A stretch of 32,000 nt of DNA. Origin: Candidatus Electrothrix sp. GW3-4 (GTDB taxonomy: Bacteria; Desulfobacterota; Desulfobulbia; Desulfobulbales; Desulfobulbaceae). The translations under genes were made by a program, and so were the position numbers. The stretch spans positions 3,870,001 to 3,902,000 of the forward strand of contig NZ_CP147990.1 of assembly GCF_037902255.1 (NCBI RefSeq). The letters are read 5' to 3'. The notes under the pieces are model-generated. The model was given only the letters and a program-made list of their open reading frames with translations, did not search any database and was not told where the DNA came from. Shown here one piece after another: positions 18,404 to 28,564 of the stretch (the first letter of the stretch is position 1; every line of letters begins with the position of its first letter).

Positions 18404-20413
18404 TCAAAGATCTCCCTGAAGCCCTTTCAGCACCACATCGACCTCTTTTTTAAACTGAGCCTGCTGCGAAGCTGTCAGACCATTCTTGCCGAATCGCTCC
18501 TGATAGTACAGGTGTAGGCAGAACTGGAGGCTATCAAAGGGCATCTCCAGAGAGGCTGCTGTCTGCATACGGCGAATCCAGCTGAGTGGGGGCTCCCATG
18601 GGTTTCGTTCAAAGCCCAGCTCGTGGAGGCGCTGCTCAATTCGGTCAAACGGGGAATTATGATGCTGCCCCTGTTCCGTTTGTTTACTGGTATCCATTCG
18701 CACTCGTCGAATCCTCTTCCCTGCCTGGAGTCTTCTGGCAAGGATGATCACCAGCGGAACAAGAAGGAGCCACCACCATTTTTTTACTATGCCCTCCTCT
18801 GTGCCCCAGCGCCATTGAGCAAATTTAAAGAGCATCAATGACCAGAGATCTTGAAAAAAAAGCAGGCTGGATGAAGCTGCTGCATCTTCTTCCTCGACCC
18901 AGGAAGAAGAAGTGGTATCCAGATTATGCCATAGACCATCCTGGTATACCAGGGTCCAGGCATGGGCATGGCGACTCCGAATAACAATCTGATCGCCCAA
19001 CCTGCTCGGTTCATGGGCGGACCAGCCCGTTGCATAGCGAGCCGGAATGCCGCAGGCCCGGAGAATAAGGACCGTCGCTGTAGCAAAGTATTCGCAATAA
19101 CCGCTACGGGAGGAGAGCAAAAAGGATGCTAAAGAGGTTCTCCCCTGTTCAGCAGCACGCAGTTTTAGAGAATACCTGAACTGGTTCTGGAAAAAATCAG
19201 CAAGCACTTGAATAACGTCTTCGGGCGTTTTTGCTTGAAGATCCAGCTCATCAATAACTTGCTGGATCGCTGGTAACTCTTCCTGAGGAACGATGAGGTC
19301 TTTTTCTGTTGGGGCCAAGTCCTTGGACGCAGCCTCATTATACTGCACCTGATAGCCGATCAGGCCGGGACCGTCTTCAACTTGAACGGCCCCCAGAGGC
19401 GTCTGTTTCAAGAGTAATACAGGAAGATTGGCTAATTGATAGGTCCCCAGAGGTAAGGTAAGCATCCCTTTCTCATGCTCCAATGGACTCCACACCGTCA
19501 ATGAGCTACCGCTTCCCGGATCATCGTGCAGGTTCCAGGTCGTTTGGTCTTGCTCAGAGGTGACATTGGCGAACTGCGCAGGTGAGGCGTGCCAGCTTGT
19601 ACCGCGATACAGGTTATAGCTTGATTCCCGCAACAGGACGGGACGAAACGGATTATCACCAGGTGTCACCCGGAACATGATCTGATTAGAGAGCTTGAGT
19701 TCCCCGAGATCACCTATTGCTGTGGTTCGTTTAAAGGGATCGCTGTTTCTGGCCAGCCACCAATGACTGACCATCCGCATGGCCATCCTTTGGAGATGGT
19801 AGACCCCGAAATGACCAGCATAGCCTGCTCCTGCTATAAGGGCAAAAAGGAAGATCCACAAAAACGGGGAAAAACGCCTGGAGCGCTGCGGCCAAAGGGC
19901 CCAGGCGGTAAAGAGGAGTAAGCCGATAAAAAAGCTCCCGTCTTTCATATTACCTGTCCCGGCTGCCAGCAGGCATAGGGCGGCATAGGGAGGGGCTATA
20001 TCTATGGTTCTCGGCTGGTTATCTACTGCCACCACTCTGTTACGGGCAAACAGCAGCAGGGACCTCAGGTCGATCTTACTGGCAATGCTGTACTGCTGGG
20101 CAGCAAGGAGAGGGAAGCAGATGGCGGGCAACCATTTAAGGAGCTTCAACGCCGCCTTGAGGAAATCGGTTGTAAAAAGAAAAAGGGCCAAGCCAGCCAA
20201 CAGGATGGTGCAGATGTCCGTGATCCGATTGAAATCAGCTAGAGAAAGCGCCCATTTGCTTTTGATGTATCTCGAGCCTTCAAGAAACAGAGCCATAGGA
20301 AGCGCTAAGGAGAGAAGGCCGGTCTGCCAGCCCCAGAAGAGGAGGATTACACCAGCAAAGAAGGGTGGAAGCGACATAAGGCTATTGGTTTTCTTCAGAT
20401 GATCCTGCATCAC
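18404..20413 (-). CDS. Transglutaminase-like (TgpA-type) polytopic membrane protein
   Basis: 669-aa ORF with a multi-TM N-terminal region. The periplasmic or cytoplasmic domain carries a transglutaminase/cysteine-protease core (SGYCEYFATATVLILRACGIPARYATGW...HAWTLVY). A further TM helix and a C-terminal tail follow. Confidence 0.85.
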   Translation of the reverse strand: MMQDHLKKTNSLMSLPPFFAGVILLFWGWQTGLLSLALPMALFLEGSRYIKSKWALSLADFNRITDICTILLAGLALFLFTTDFLKAALKLLKWLPAICFPLLAAQQYSIASKIDLRSLLLFARNRVVAVDNQPRTIDIAPPYAALCLLAAGTGNMKDGSFFIGLLLFTAWALWPQRSRRFSPFLWIFLFALIAGAGYAGHFGVYHLQRMAMRMVSHWWLARNSDPFKRTTAIGDLGELKLSNQIMFRVTPGDNPFRPVLLRESSYNLYRGTSWHASPAQFANVTSEQDQTTWNLHDDPGSGSSLTVWSPLEHEKGMLTLPLGTYQLANLPVLLLKQTPLGAVQVEDGPGLIGYQVQYNEAASKDLAPTEKDLIVPQEELPAIQQVIDELDLQAKTPEDVIQVLADFFQNQFRYSLKLRAAEQGRTSLASFLLSSRSGYCEYFATATVLILRACGIPARYATGWSAHEPSRLGDQIVIRSRHAHAWTLVYQDGLWHNLDTTSSSWVEEEDAAASSSLLFFQDLWSLMLFKFAQWRWGTEEGIVKKWWWLLLVPLVIILARRLQAGKRIRRVRMDTSKQTEQGQHHNSPFDRIEQRLHELGFERNPWEPPLSWIRRMQTAASLEMPFDSLQFCLHLYYQERFGKNGLTASQQAQFKKEVDVVLKGLQGDL

Positions 20414-20609
20414 TCTTTTGTTGTTTGATCTCGTTAAGATTACTTCGGATCAACTCAAATCATGGGTTTGCAGCCTGTTTCAAGGAGAGCTAGAGCCAGC
20501 CTTTGCTTCCCTGCAAAGAGGGTATGATTGATCCAGAGCAGATACTGAGAAGAGAGGCTCGAACGTAGATTCGAGATAAAGTCGAACCTCGCTACAAGAC
20601 AGAACAAGC

Positions 20610-21956
20610 TCACAAGCCCGTCACCCCTTCTTCCATCTTATCCGCAGCCAACACATGAAAATTCTCCGGCTCATCTTGCATCGGACCCGCACCTCCCACC
20701 GCCTCCACCTGCTCCGTGACCACAATAACCTTCAGCGGTACGCCCACCCCTCGCAGCATCCTGACCATCTCCTGCCGCTCTTTATCCCAGGCAAGCAGGA
20801 TACAGATACACCCACTGACCCGCGAGGCATGGCTGGTCAACAGAGAAGATAATTCAGAAAAGGGTCTGTCATGACAGGGCTGGACGCAGGCCAGGACCTC
20901 CATCATGCTGTCCGTATGGGACACCCCCCGACCTGAGGAAAAACAATAGGCCCTATTGCCAACAAACATCAGGTCCAGCAGGGATTCCTGGGTCTCCACC
21001 GTACTGACAAAGGAGGCAGCCAGCGAGACCGCCTCTTCAAAGGTCTGGCTATAGGCCTGCTCCTGAAAGGTATCCAGCACCAGACCATGGCGGACAAAGA
21101 ACTCATCCTGATAATTCTTCACGATCAACCTGCCAGTCTTGGCCCAACTCTTCCAGTGAATCCGGCGCAGAGGATCGCCGGATCGGTAATCCCGCAGGGA
21201 GACAAATTCATCCGAGTTACCCACGGACGAGGCCAGGGCAACCCCACCAGGCTGGTGACGGCGCGAACCGGGAAGATCCACCTCCGGTAATCGATAGCGC
21301 TTGGGCAACACCAGGACCCGCTGGTAGCAAGGGAAAAAACGACAGCCCTTAAAGAGACCAAAGGGATCGGGCCGGGACAAGATGATACCGGTCAGTTCCA
21401 GGTAGCCCCGATGTAAGGGGAGAATTTCGACCCGAACCTGTTCTCTGCCATGAGGCGGAAGGTTCGGCAGGGCTTGTTCCTTGCCCTTGGCCTGCCGATG
21501 CTGAGCAACCAACCACATCCAGCGATAGACCATCGTCCACCTGTCCCAGGCATTTCGACTCTCTTCTTCCGGTTCCCGGGTCTGGAGAAATTCGTCATAT
21601 GTGGGACGGGGATCGCCAAATTGTTCGGAGAGAAAAAGCCCTCTCTGCTGTCTTGCCGAATGATTATAAAGCCAAAGGGCATAGGTCAGGGGCTCCCCTG
21701 CCAGGGCAAACTTCGGTAACCTTCGCTGAACAGTGATGCGAACCCGGAAAAAGAGACTGAAAAGGAGGGCAACCAAGAGTAAGGGCACAGCAAGGGCAAA
21801 AACCTGATAGACCGTGCTGCGCCAGGGATTCATCCCCAGGGCAGAAGAAATGACGAGGACAGTCAGCACCAGCAGCCCTGCCGGGGTAAAGCGCTGTTTT
21901 CGCCAGCTGCTTATCCCGTCAAAAAGCCTGTAGGAGAGGTAGAAAAAATATCGCAT
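20610..21956 (-). CDS. DUF58 domain-containing protein (MoxR-associated)
   Basis: 448-aa ORF with two N-terminal TM helices and the DUF58 signature (GNSDEFVSLRDYRSGDPLRRIHWKSWAKTGRLIVKNYQDE). It begins 12 nt after the MoxR gene. Confidence 0.85.
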   Translation of the reverse strand: MRYFFYLSYRLFDGISSWRKQRFTPAGLLVLTVLVISSALGMNPWRSTVYQVFALAVPLLLVALLFSLFFRVRITVQRRLPKFALAGEPLTYALWLYNHSARQQRGLFLSEQFGDPRPTYDEFLQTREPEEESRNAWDRWTMVYRWMWLVAQHRQAKGKEQALPNLPPHGREQVRVEILPLHRGYLELTGIILSRPDPFGLFKGCRFFPCYQRVLVLPKRYRLPEVDLPGSRRHQPGGVALASSVGNSDEFVSLRDYRSGDPLRRIHWKSWAKTGRLIVKNYQDEFFVRHGLVLDTFQEQAYSQTFEEAVSLAASFVSTVETQESLLDLMFVGNRAYCFSSGRGVSHTDSMMEVLACVQPCHDRPFSELSSLLTSHASRVSGCICILLAWDKERQEMVRMLRGVGVPLKVIVVTEQVEAVGGAGPMQDEPENFHVLAADKMEEGVTGL

Positions 21957-21968
21957 ACGACCTGCCTG

Positions 21969-22913
21969 CTATGCGGGAACCGGGACCGTTTCCACGATTT
22001 CTTCAACAATTCCCTGGGCAGTCTGGCCGGAAAAGCGGGCCTGGGGATCAAGCACGAGCCGGTGGGCGATCACCGGGACCGCGATCTCCTGAATATGATC
22101 CGGGGTGACAAAGTCCTGACCGTCGAACAGGGCCAGGGCACGGGCCGTTTGGATCAGGGCAAGAGAGGCCCTGGGACTTGCTCCCAGCACCAGACCGGGA
22201 AAAGAGCGGGTGGCATGGACCAGCTGAACAATATAGTGCTTGAGCTCCTCGCTGATATGGACGGCATGGACCTGCTTTTTGACCCGCAGGATATCCGCTG
22301 CTGTTGCGCAGGCTGAGATATCCTCAATGGGATGCCTGCCTGCCTGATTGGAGAGCACAGCGACCTCGTCTTCCACACTGACATAACCGAGGCTGAACTG
22401 GAGGGCAAAACGATCCATCTGGGCTTCAGGCAGGGGATAGGTACCCCGTGATTCCACCGGGTTCTGGGTGGCAATGACAAAGAAGAGATCTTCAAGCCGG
22501 TAATTGCTCCCATCAATACTCACCTGTTTCTCTGCCATTGCCTCCAGCAGGGCAGACTGGGTACGGGGCGAGGCCCTGTTGATCTCATCTGCCAGCAGGA
22601 TATTGGTAAAGACCGGCCCCCTGTGGAGACGAAACGCCTTGTCCTTGGGATCAAAGATGGACACACCAAGGATATCCGAGGGAAGGAGGTCCGGGGTGAA
22701 CTGGAGGCGGGTGAACTGGGTCTTGATGGAGAGGGCCAGGGTCTTGGCCAGGGTTGTCTTGCCGGTGCCGGGATAATCTTCCAGCAGGATATGTCCTCCT
22801 CCGGCAAAACCGGCCAGCAGGAGGCGGATGGAATCTGCCTGCCCCTTCATGACCTGCCCGATATTGGCTGCAACTCTATGCAGGATTGCAGCTGTGGTCT
22901 TATTGTCCGTCAT
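21969..22913 (-). CDS. MoxR-family AAA+ ATPase
   Basis: 314-aa ORF with Walker A (LLEDYPGTGKTTLAKTLA) and Walker B (ILLADEINRASPRTQSALLEAM). It has the typical MoxR length and C-terminal lid (GASPRASLALIQTARALALFDGQDFVTPDHI). Confidence 0.92.
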   Translation of the reverse strand: MTDNKTTAAILHRVAANIGQVMKGQADSIRLLLAGFAGGGHILLEDYPGTGKTTLAKTLALSIKTQFTRLQFTPDLLPSDILGVSIFDPKDKAFRLHRGPVFTNILLADEINRASPRTQSALLEAMAEKQVSIDGSNYRLEDLFFVIATQNPVESRGTYPLPEAQMDRFALQFSLGYVSVEDEVAVLSNQAGRHPIEDISACATAADILRVKKQVHAVHISEELKHYIVQLVHATRSFPGLVLGASPRASLALIQTARALALFDGQDFVTPDHIQEIAVPVIAHRLVLDPQARFSGQTAQGIVEEIVETVPVPA

Positions 22914-23400
22914 AGTGTTCTATCTTATCTCTGTGCTGTCTCTTTCAGGCTATAGAGAGGACCGCGTCTTGGGATCCCTTTTTCCTTACCAGGGCAAGAA
23001 AAAAACATGTTGGGTTCAAAATGTTGAATATTTCTTCCCTCAGGGACCATGTCGTGTTACTCTCTCTGGAAAAATTATATCATACACTCATCGGTTACGC
23101 TTGTCAGGCCCAAGAAATCGATAAAAAGCGAAATCGATAGCGTCTGTATTGCCAGGAACAGGGTACCAGGCCTTCTTTTTTCAATATTTATGTGCGGCCT
23201 CGCTTTTTCTTTCATGACGCATGAGGGGACGACAGGGAACGTGCCTCCCTAAAATGGATGCCACAGGGTGTCTCTTTTATGAAAACAAAAAATCAGCAAA
23301 AGAACTCTGGACAAAAAATATCGACATGATAAAAATAACATCTTTAACATGTATTGATCTTGTCGTGTACATAGGCTTTTGAGAGCTCACAGGAGAAAGA

Positions 23401-24420
23401 ATGAAGAAATATTCGATCGGCAGCATAACCACTCTGTTGCTCATGCTGTTTGCGATCCCAATAATAGCAGGAACCCTGGATGAAGTACAAAAACGCGGGA
23501 GCTTGGCGTGCGGTGTCTCCACTGGCCTGCCGGGATTTTCCGCAACCGATGAAAAGGGCAACTGGAAAGGCCTGGATGTTGATGGCTGTCGGGCCATTGC
23601 TGCTGCTGTTCTTGGTGATGCAAGCAAGGTGAAGTATGTCGCTCTGAATGCTAAAGAGCGTTTTACCGCCCTCCAGTCTGGAGAGATTGATGTGCTGGTG
23701 CGCGGGACCACCTGGACCAAACATCGTGACACCGCACTCGGTTTAAACTTTGCCGGGGTCAATTATTATGACGGGCAAGGTTTTATGGTGCTCAAGAAGC
23801 TTGGCGTCACATCAGCAAAAGAACTTGACGGCGCGATTTTCTGCATTCATGCCGGAACCACAACTGAGCTGAACTTGGCTGATTATTTCTCCAAAAACGG
23901 CATGGAATACGACGCAATAGTCTTTGATACCCATGATCAGGCTGTCAGAGGATTTGAGGTCGGACGCTGTGACTGCCTGACCTCTGATCAATCGCAACTC
24001 TATGCCCTGCGCACCCAGCTGAGTAAGCCGTATAGTGCTGTCATTTTGAATGAGGTTATCTCCAAGGAGCCCTTGGGCCCGGTTGTCCGTCAAGGGGATG
24101 ATGCCTGGTTTAATGTGGTGCGCTGGTCTTTTTTCGCCATGCTCAACGCCGAAGAATTGCGGGTGACATCCGCCAATGTCGACGCAATGAGGAGAACCTC
24201 TGTTAATCCTGCTGTTCGCCGTCTTCTGGGCCTGGATGGTGATAAGGGCCAGAGCCTGGGGCTGCCGGACGACTGGAGTTACCAGATCATCAAACAGATC
24301 GGCAATTACTCCGAAGTCTTTGAACGCAATGTGGGTAAAGGCTCTGCCTTAAGGATCAAACGCGGACTGAACGCCTTATGGAAGGACGGGGGCATCCAGT
24401 TTGCTCCACCCATGCGCTGA
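23401..24420 (+). CDS. aapJ: General L-amino-acid ABC transporter, periplasmic substrate-binding protein (AapJ/BztA family)
   Basis: 339-aa ORF with AGGAG 5 nt upstream and a signal peptide (TLLLMLFAIPIIAG). Family-3 SBP motifs are present (LACGVSTGLPGFS, GEIDVLVRGTTWT, NYYDGQGFMV). It is followed by two long permeases and an ATPase in the Aap/Bzt order. Confidence 0.85.
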   Translation: MKKYSIGSITTLLLMLFAIPIIAGTLDEVQKRGSLACGVSTGLPGFSATDEKGNWKGLDVDGCRAIAAAVLGDASKVKYVALNAKERFTALQSGEIDVLVRGTTWTKHRDTALGLNFAGVNYYDGQGFMVLKKLGVTSAKELDGAIFCIHAGTTTELNLADYFSKNGMEYDAIVFDTHDQAVRGFEVGRCDCLTSDQSQLYALRTQLSKPYSAVILNEVISKEPLGPVVRQGDDAWFNVVRWSFFAMLNAEELRVTSANVDAMRRTSVNPAVRRLLGLDGDKGQSLGLPDDWSYQIIKQIGNYSEVFERNVGKGSALRIKRGLNALWKDGGIQFAPPMR

Positions 24421-25598
24421 CAGTGATAAGTAAAACGGAAGACATAACCCGATGGTGGAACCAAGGGCGAAATAGGATCTTACTCTTTCAGATCCTTCTG
24501 ATGCTGGGCACGGTACTGTTTTTTCTTCTGATCGGAGCCAACGCCCTCAAAAACCTGGAACAACAGGGAATAACCAGCGGATTTGCTTTTCTCTCCCAAA
24601 AAGCCGGATTCAGCATCATTCAGACCCTGATTTCCTATTCCGAATCCAGCACCTACGGCAGAACCTTTCTGGTCGGTCTGCTCAACACCATGCTGGTTTC
24701 TGTTTTAGGGATTATCTGCGCAACCGTCCTCGGCTTTCTTATTGGAATCGCCAGACTCTCTTCCAACTGGCTGATTGCCAAATTAGCAGCAATCTATATT
24801 GAAATTTTCCGCAACCTCCCCCTTCTCCTGCAAGTCTTTTTCTGGTATTTTGCCGTCCTTCGCTCCCTTCCCCTTCCCCGCAATAGCCTGCATTTCGGAG
24901 ACTGGTTCTTTTTGAATATTCGAGGGATCTATATCCCACGCCCGCTTCCTGGCCAAGGACTGACGGCCCTGATTATTGTTTTCGGGGTAAGTATTGCGGC
25001 GATTTATGCGTTGAAAATATGGGCACGAAAACATCAAGAGAAGACAGGGAAAGAACCACCAACCTTGCTCATTTCCCTGGCAATACTCATTATACCATCC
25101 ACCATTACCTGGTTTTCCAGCGGCGAACCTCTGCAATGGGAACTTCCGGCTTTGAAAGGATTGAACTTTAAAGGAGGCTTAACTGTTATTCCAGAGCTTG
25201 CCGCCCTCCTCTTTGCCCTGACCATATATACAGCCAGTCTTATTGCCGAGATTGTCCGCTCTGGCATCCTGTCGGTCAGCCATTGCCAGACAGAGGCAGC
25301 CCGTGCCTTGGGCCTACCGCACAGGAAGATCCTGCGGCTGGTGGTTATCCCCCAGGCTATGCGCGTGATGATCCCGCAGATGACCAGTCAATATCTCAAT
25401 CTGGTCAAAAACTCTTCCCTGGCCACCGCCATTGGCTATCCTGATCTGGTCTCGGTTTTTGCAGGAACAAGCCTCAACCAGACCGGTCAGGCCATTGAGA
25501 TCATTGCTATGACCATGGCTGTTTACCTCACCATTAATCTGACCATCTCCTGGTTAATGAACCGCTATAATGAGCGAATCCTATTACAGGAACAGTAA
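24378..25598 (+). CDS. aapQ: Amino-acid ABC transporter permease (AapQ/BztB type)
   Basis: A polytopic membrane ORF with an HisM/GlnP-type EAA loop region (EIVRSGILSVSHCQTEAARALGL...VVIPQAMRVMIPQ). The start is uncertain. ATG 24378 overlaps aapJ by 43 nt, and an in-frame GTG at 24423 begins 3 nt after the aapJ stop. Confidence 0.85.
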   Translation: MEGRGHPVCSTHALTVISKTEDITRWWNQGRNRILLFQILLMLGTVLFFLLIGANALKNLEQQGITSGFAFLSQKAGFSIIQTLISYSESSTYGRTFLVGLLNTMLVSVLGIICATVLGFLIGIARLSSNWLIAKLAAIYIEIFRNLPLLLQVFFWYFAVLRSLPLPRNSLHFGDWFFLNIRGIYIPRPLPGQGLTALIIVFGVSIAAIYALKIWARKHQEKTGKEPPTLLISLAILIIPSTITWFSSGEPLQWELPALKGLNFKGGLTVIPELAALLFALTIYTASLIAEIVRSGILSVSHCQTEAARALGLPHRKILRLVVIPQAMRVMIPQMTSQYLNLVKNSSLATAIGYPDLVSVFAGTSLNQTGQAIEIIAMTMAVYLTINLTISWLMNRYNERILLQEQ

Positions 25599-25611
25599 GT
25601 AGGGAAATCTT

Positions 25612-26706
25612 ATGACGGTAGCGCATAGTCCACACCCTGATTTACCTCCCCCCCTGACCAGTGTTGGCCCTGTCGGCTGGTTGCGACGAAATCTCTTTTC
25701 AAGCCCCATCAACACCCTGCTGACCTTAGGGGCCTTGTATCTGCTCTACCGCTTAGTCCCACCGATGATCAATTGGGCCCTGCTTGATGCGAATTGGGCG
25801 GGGAGCAGTCGGGAGGCCTGCTCCGGTGATGGGGCCTGCTGGGTCTTTGTCAGGTTGCGTTTCCTTCATTTCATGGTTGGTTTCTACCCTGAGAGTCAAT
25901 TATGGCGTCCGGTGACGGTCTTTGGGATAGCGGCCTTGCTTCTCCTCTACCTGCTCGTCAAGGATCTCCCCCATAAGGGCTGGGTTACCGGATTTGGTCT
26001 GCTCGGTTTCCCCTTTATCGCCTTTTTGCTCTTTTACGGCGGGCTGTTCGGACTGCCCGTGGTGGAGACCCATCAATGGGGCGGCCTCATGCTCACCCTG
26101 ATCCTCTCAACCGTGGGCATGCTCCTCGCCCTGCCCCTTGGTACCCTGCTGGCCTTAGGACGACGTTCCTCCATGCCTGTGGCCAAGACCCTGAGCGTGG
26201 TCTTTATCGAGCTCTGGCGTGGTGTTCCCCTGATCACTGTCCTCTTCATGTCCTCGGTCCTGCTCCCCCTGTTCATGCCTGATGGGATTCGGCTGGATAA
26301 ACTCCTCCGGGCCCTGATAGGTATCGCCCTGTTTCAGTCTGCCTATATGGCAGAGGTTATACGGAGCGGGCTCCAGGCCGTTCCTAAAGGACAATATGAG
26401 GCGGCAAATGCCCTGGGCCTGTCCTATTGGAAGGCCATGCTGCTGATCATCCTGCCCCAGGCCTTAAAAACCGTTATCCCTGGGATCGTCAATACCTTTA
26501 TTGAGCTCTTTAAGGACACGACCCTGGTCTTGATCATTGGCCTCTTTGATCTCTTGGCCACGGTCCAGGCCTCCTTCACCGACAGTAAATGGCTGGGATT
26601 CTCTGCCGAAGGCTATATCTTTGCCGGGCTGATCTATTGGCTGTTCTGTTTTTCCATGTCCAGATACAGCCACCATCTGGAAAAGAAATTGCATACCGGG
26701 CACTGA
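25612..26706 (+). CDS. aapM: Amino-acid ABC transporter permease (AapM/BztC type)
   Basis: 364-aa polytopic ORF with the EAA loop ([40 protein letters not shown]). It starts 13 nt after the preceding permease. Confidence 0.88.
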   Translation: MTVAHSPHPDLPPPLTSVGPVGWLRRNLFSSPINTLLTLGALYLLYRLVPPMINWALLDANWAGSSREACSGDGACWVFVRLRFLHFMVGFYPESQLWRPVTVFGIAALLLLYLLVKDLPHKGWVTGFGLLGFPFIAFLLFYGGLFGLPVVETHQWGGLMLTLILSTVGMLLALPLGTLLALGRRSSMPVAKTLSVVFIELWRGVPLITVLFMSSVLLPLFMPDGIRLDKLLRALIGIALFQSAYMAEVIRSGLQAVPKGQYEAANALGLSYWKAMLLIILPQALKTVIPGIVNTFIELFKDTTLVLIIGLFDLLATVQASFTDSKWLGFSAEGYIFAGLIYWLFCFSMSRYSHHLEKKLHTGH

Positions 26707-26746
26707 GAACAAAGAGCCAGAGCCTGATCTCCTCACCGACAAAATT

Positions 26747-27514
26747 ATGGGAAATACATCCACACAACAAGTAGAGTACGATCGATCCATTGCTATTGAA
26801 CTCCAAGGAGTTCATAAATGGTACGGCACCTTTCATGTTCTGAAAAATATTAACCTGACAGTCCAACGTGGGGAAAAAATTATTATCTGCGGGCCCTCTG
26901 GTTGTGGGAAATCAACCCTTATCCGCTGTATCAACCGACTGGAAGAGCATCAGCGCGGGATGATTCAAGTGGATGGGGTGGAGATTGATGATGATCTCAA
27001 GCATATTGAACAGGTACGCCGTAATATTGGCATGGTCTTCCAGCAGTTTAATCTCTTTCCCCACCTGACCGTGATGGAGAACTGTTGCCTGGCCTTGATC
27101 TGGGTCCTGAAAAAACCCCGCCAAGAGGCTGAGGCCATTGCCCTGGATTACCTGGAACGGGTCAAGGTGGTGGATCAGGCCTATAAATATCCTGGCCAGC
27201 TCTCCGGTGGACAACAGCAGCGAGTGGCCATTGCCCGTTCTCTCTGCATGAATCCCAGTATTATGCTCTTTGATGAGCCGACCTCGGCCCTTGATCCGGA
27301 GATGATCAAAGAGGTCCTGGATGTTATGGTGGATCTGGCCCAGGACGGCATGACCATGCTCTGCGTCACCCATGAGATGGGCTTTGCCCGCACCGTTGCC
27401 GATCGGGTCCTCTTTATGGACTCTGGTGAGATTATTGAGGAGAATGATCCTGAAAACTTCTTTTCCAATCCGCAGTCAAAGCGGACCAAGCTCTTTTTGG
27501 GGCAGATTTTATAA
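26747..27514 (+). CDS. aapP: Amino-acid ABC transporter ATP-binding protein (AapP/BztD/GlnQ type)
   Basis: 255-aa ORF with Walker A (GPSGCGKST), Q-loop, ABC signature ([15 protein letters not shown]), Walker B ([12 protein letters not shown]) and H-loop (VTHEMGFA). Confidence 0.93.
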   Translation: MGNTSTQQVEYDRSIAIELQGVHKWYGTFHVLKNINLTVQRGEKIIICGPSGCGKSTLIRCINRLEEHQRGMIQVDGVEIDDDLKHIEQVRRNIGMVFQQFNLFPHLTVMENCCLALIWVLKKPRQEAEAIALDYLERVKVVDQAYKYPGQLSGGQQQRVAIARSLCMNPSIMLFDEPTSALDPEMIKEVLDVMVDLAQDGMTMLCVTHEMGFARTVADRVLFMDSGEIIEENDPENFFSNPQSKRTKLFLGQIL

Positions 27515-27602
27515 GGCCAGGGCCGCAGGCCGCACTCAACCAAGGTATGAGCCAAAGCTTCCTGCCCTGGCCAAGAATATCCTTCCCCTCAGTCAGTTTG
27601 TC

Positions 27603-28049
27603 CTATGATTTTTTCAAATCCAGCACTCCGTTCCCCCCTTTTTCATAGGTATAGGTACAATACGCTGTTGCCTCTGTATATTGACAGGTCCCGGTGATGG
27701 TGCCACAACCGGTATAATCTGTAGGGATCACGATATCAAAACTGGTCGCGGTCACATTATAAATCTTCGCCCCTGAGGCCAGGGCGATGCCGCTCCATTC
27801 CAGGCCCAGGGCACAGGCATCGTCGATGACAAAATTATCGATAGTACCGCTGTTCTGAGCCCCGTCACAGGCGGTCTCGCTATAGGTCCCATTATAGGTC
27901 CCTGATAACTGCGCGCAGTTATCCAATAAGGGTTCGACTGAAGTATTGCCGCTCCCGTCATCACAACCTGCTATTCCCGCTCCTAAGCCAGCCGCTAATC
28001 CACTTGCGAGCGCAACAGACCACACCAATCTCAAGATTTTTCTATACAT
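27603..28049 (-). CDS. Small Cys-rich lipoprotein, unknown function
   Basis: I trimmed the 198-aa track ORF to the Met at 28049 (AGGA 9 nt upstream). That gives MYRKILRLVWSVALASGLAAGLGAGIAGC, a textbook signal peptide plus lipobox (IAGC). The mature part is about 120 aa with six further Cys. I recognise no family. Confidence 0.6.
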   Translation of the reverse strand: MYRKILRLVWSVALASGLAAGLGAGIAGCDDGSGNTSVEPLLDNCAQLSGTYNGTYSETACDGAQNSGTIDNFVIDDACALGLEWSGIALASGAKIYNVTATSFDIVIPTDYTGCGTITGTCQYTEATAYCTYTYEKGGNGVLDLKKS

Positions 28050-28135
28050 AAGTTCATATCCTTCAATGTACTTTCTTCTGCCCCATCCCATCTCGGTCCG
28101 GCCCGAGGCGCCAGGACAACACAATATGAAAGGGG

Positions 28136-28561
28136 TTACCTGATCGTAAAGGCATACTCTTTGACGCTCCTGCCGTTCAAAAAAAGACAACAGGTCCATG
28201 CCCCCAAAAAACGGGGAGAATAGGAGGACCCGGCAAAAATCCGGGAAAACATCCCCAACCTGCTCAGCTTGAAAACAAACATCCGCTGAAAGACCCCTGT
28301 CCTGTCTGCCCTAAATTGCTCATGCACCTGCTCCTGCACCGCACCGCTGGGATCAAGCCAATCAATGACCAGGTTCTGCTCACCTTGCCCGAGTCCTTCC
28401 AAGACAAGATAGGCATAGATGGTCTGCCCAGGATGGAAGACCTGACCCTCCCCCTGATACTGCCTGGTCTCGTAAAAGCGGAGCGAAGAGTGCACCTCCG
28501 CCTGCCCGTCAATAGAGGGGAGAAACAAGAGAGCAAGGAGCAGGAAAACAACCGTCTTGAT
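28136..28561 (-). CDS. Small exported hypothetical protein; start codon unresolved (TTG 28528, or near-cognate ATC 28561 that would include a signal peptide)
   Basis: The ORF track starts it at TTG 28528. The same frame is open back to the ettA stop and encodes (A)IKTVVFLLLALLFLPSIDGQA, a classic n-h-c signal peptide. AGGG lies 8 nt upstream of ATC 28561. I recognise no family for the mature domain. Confidence 0.5.
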   Translation of the reverse strand: MKTVVFLLLALLFLPSIDGQAEVHSSLRFYETRQYQGEGQVFHPGQTIYAYLVLEGLGQGEQNLVIDWLDPSGAVQEQVHEQFRADRTGVFQRMFVFKLSRLGMFSRIFAGSSYSPRFLGAWTCCLFLNGRSVKEYAFTIR

Positions 28562-28564
28562 CGC

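Noticed and set aside
23114-23139. A direct repeat GAAATCGATA x2 (23114-23123 and 23130-23139, each containing the ATCGAT palindrome) in the moxR/aapJ divergent region.
   Set aside because: It is short, with only two copies and no recognisable regulator consensus. It may be an operator, but it cannot be distinguished from chance by eye.
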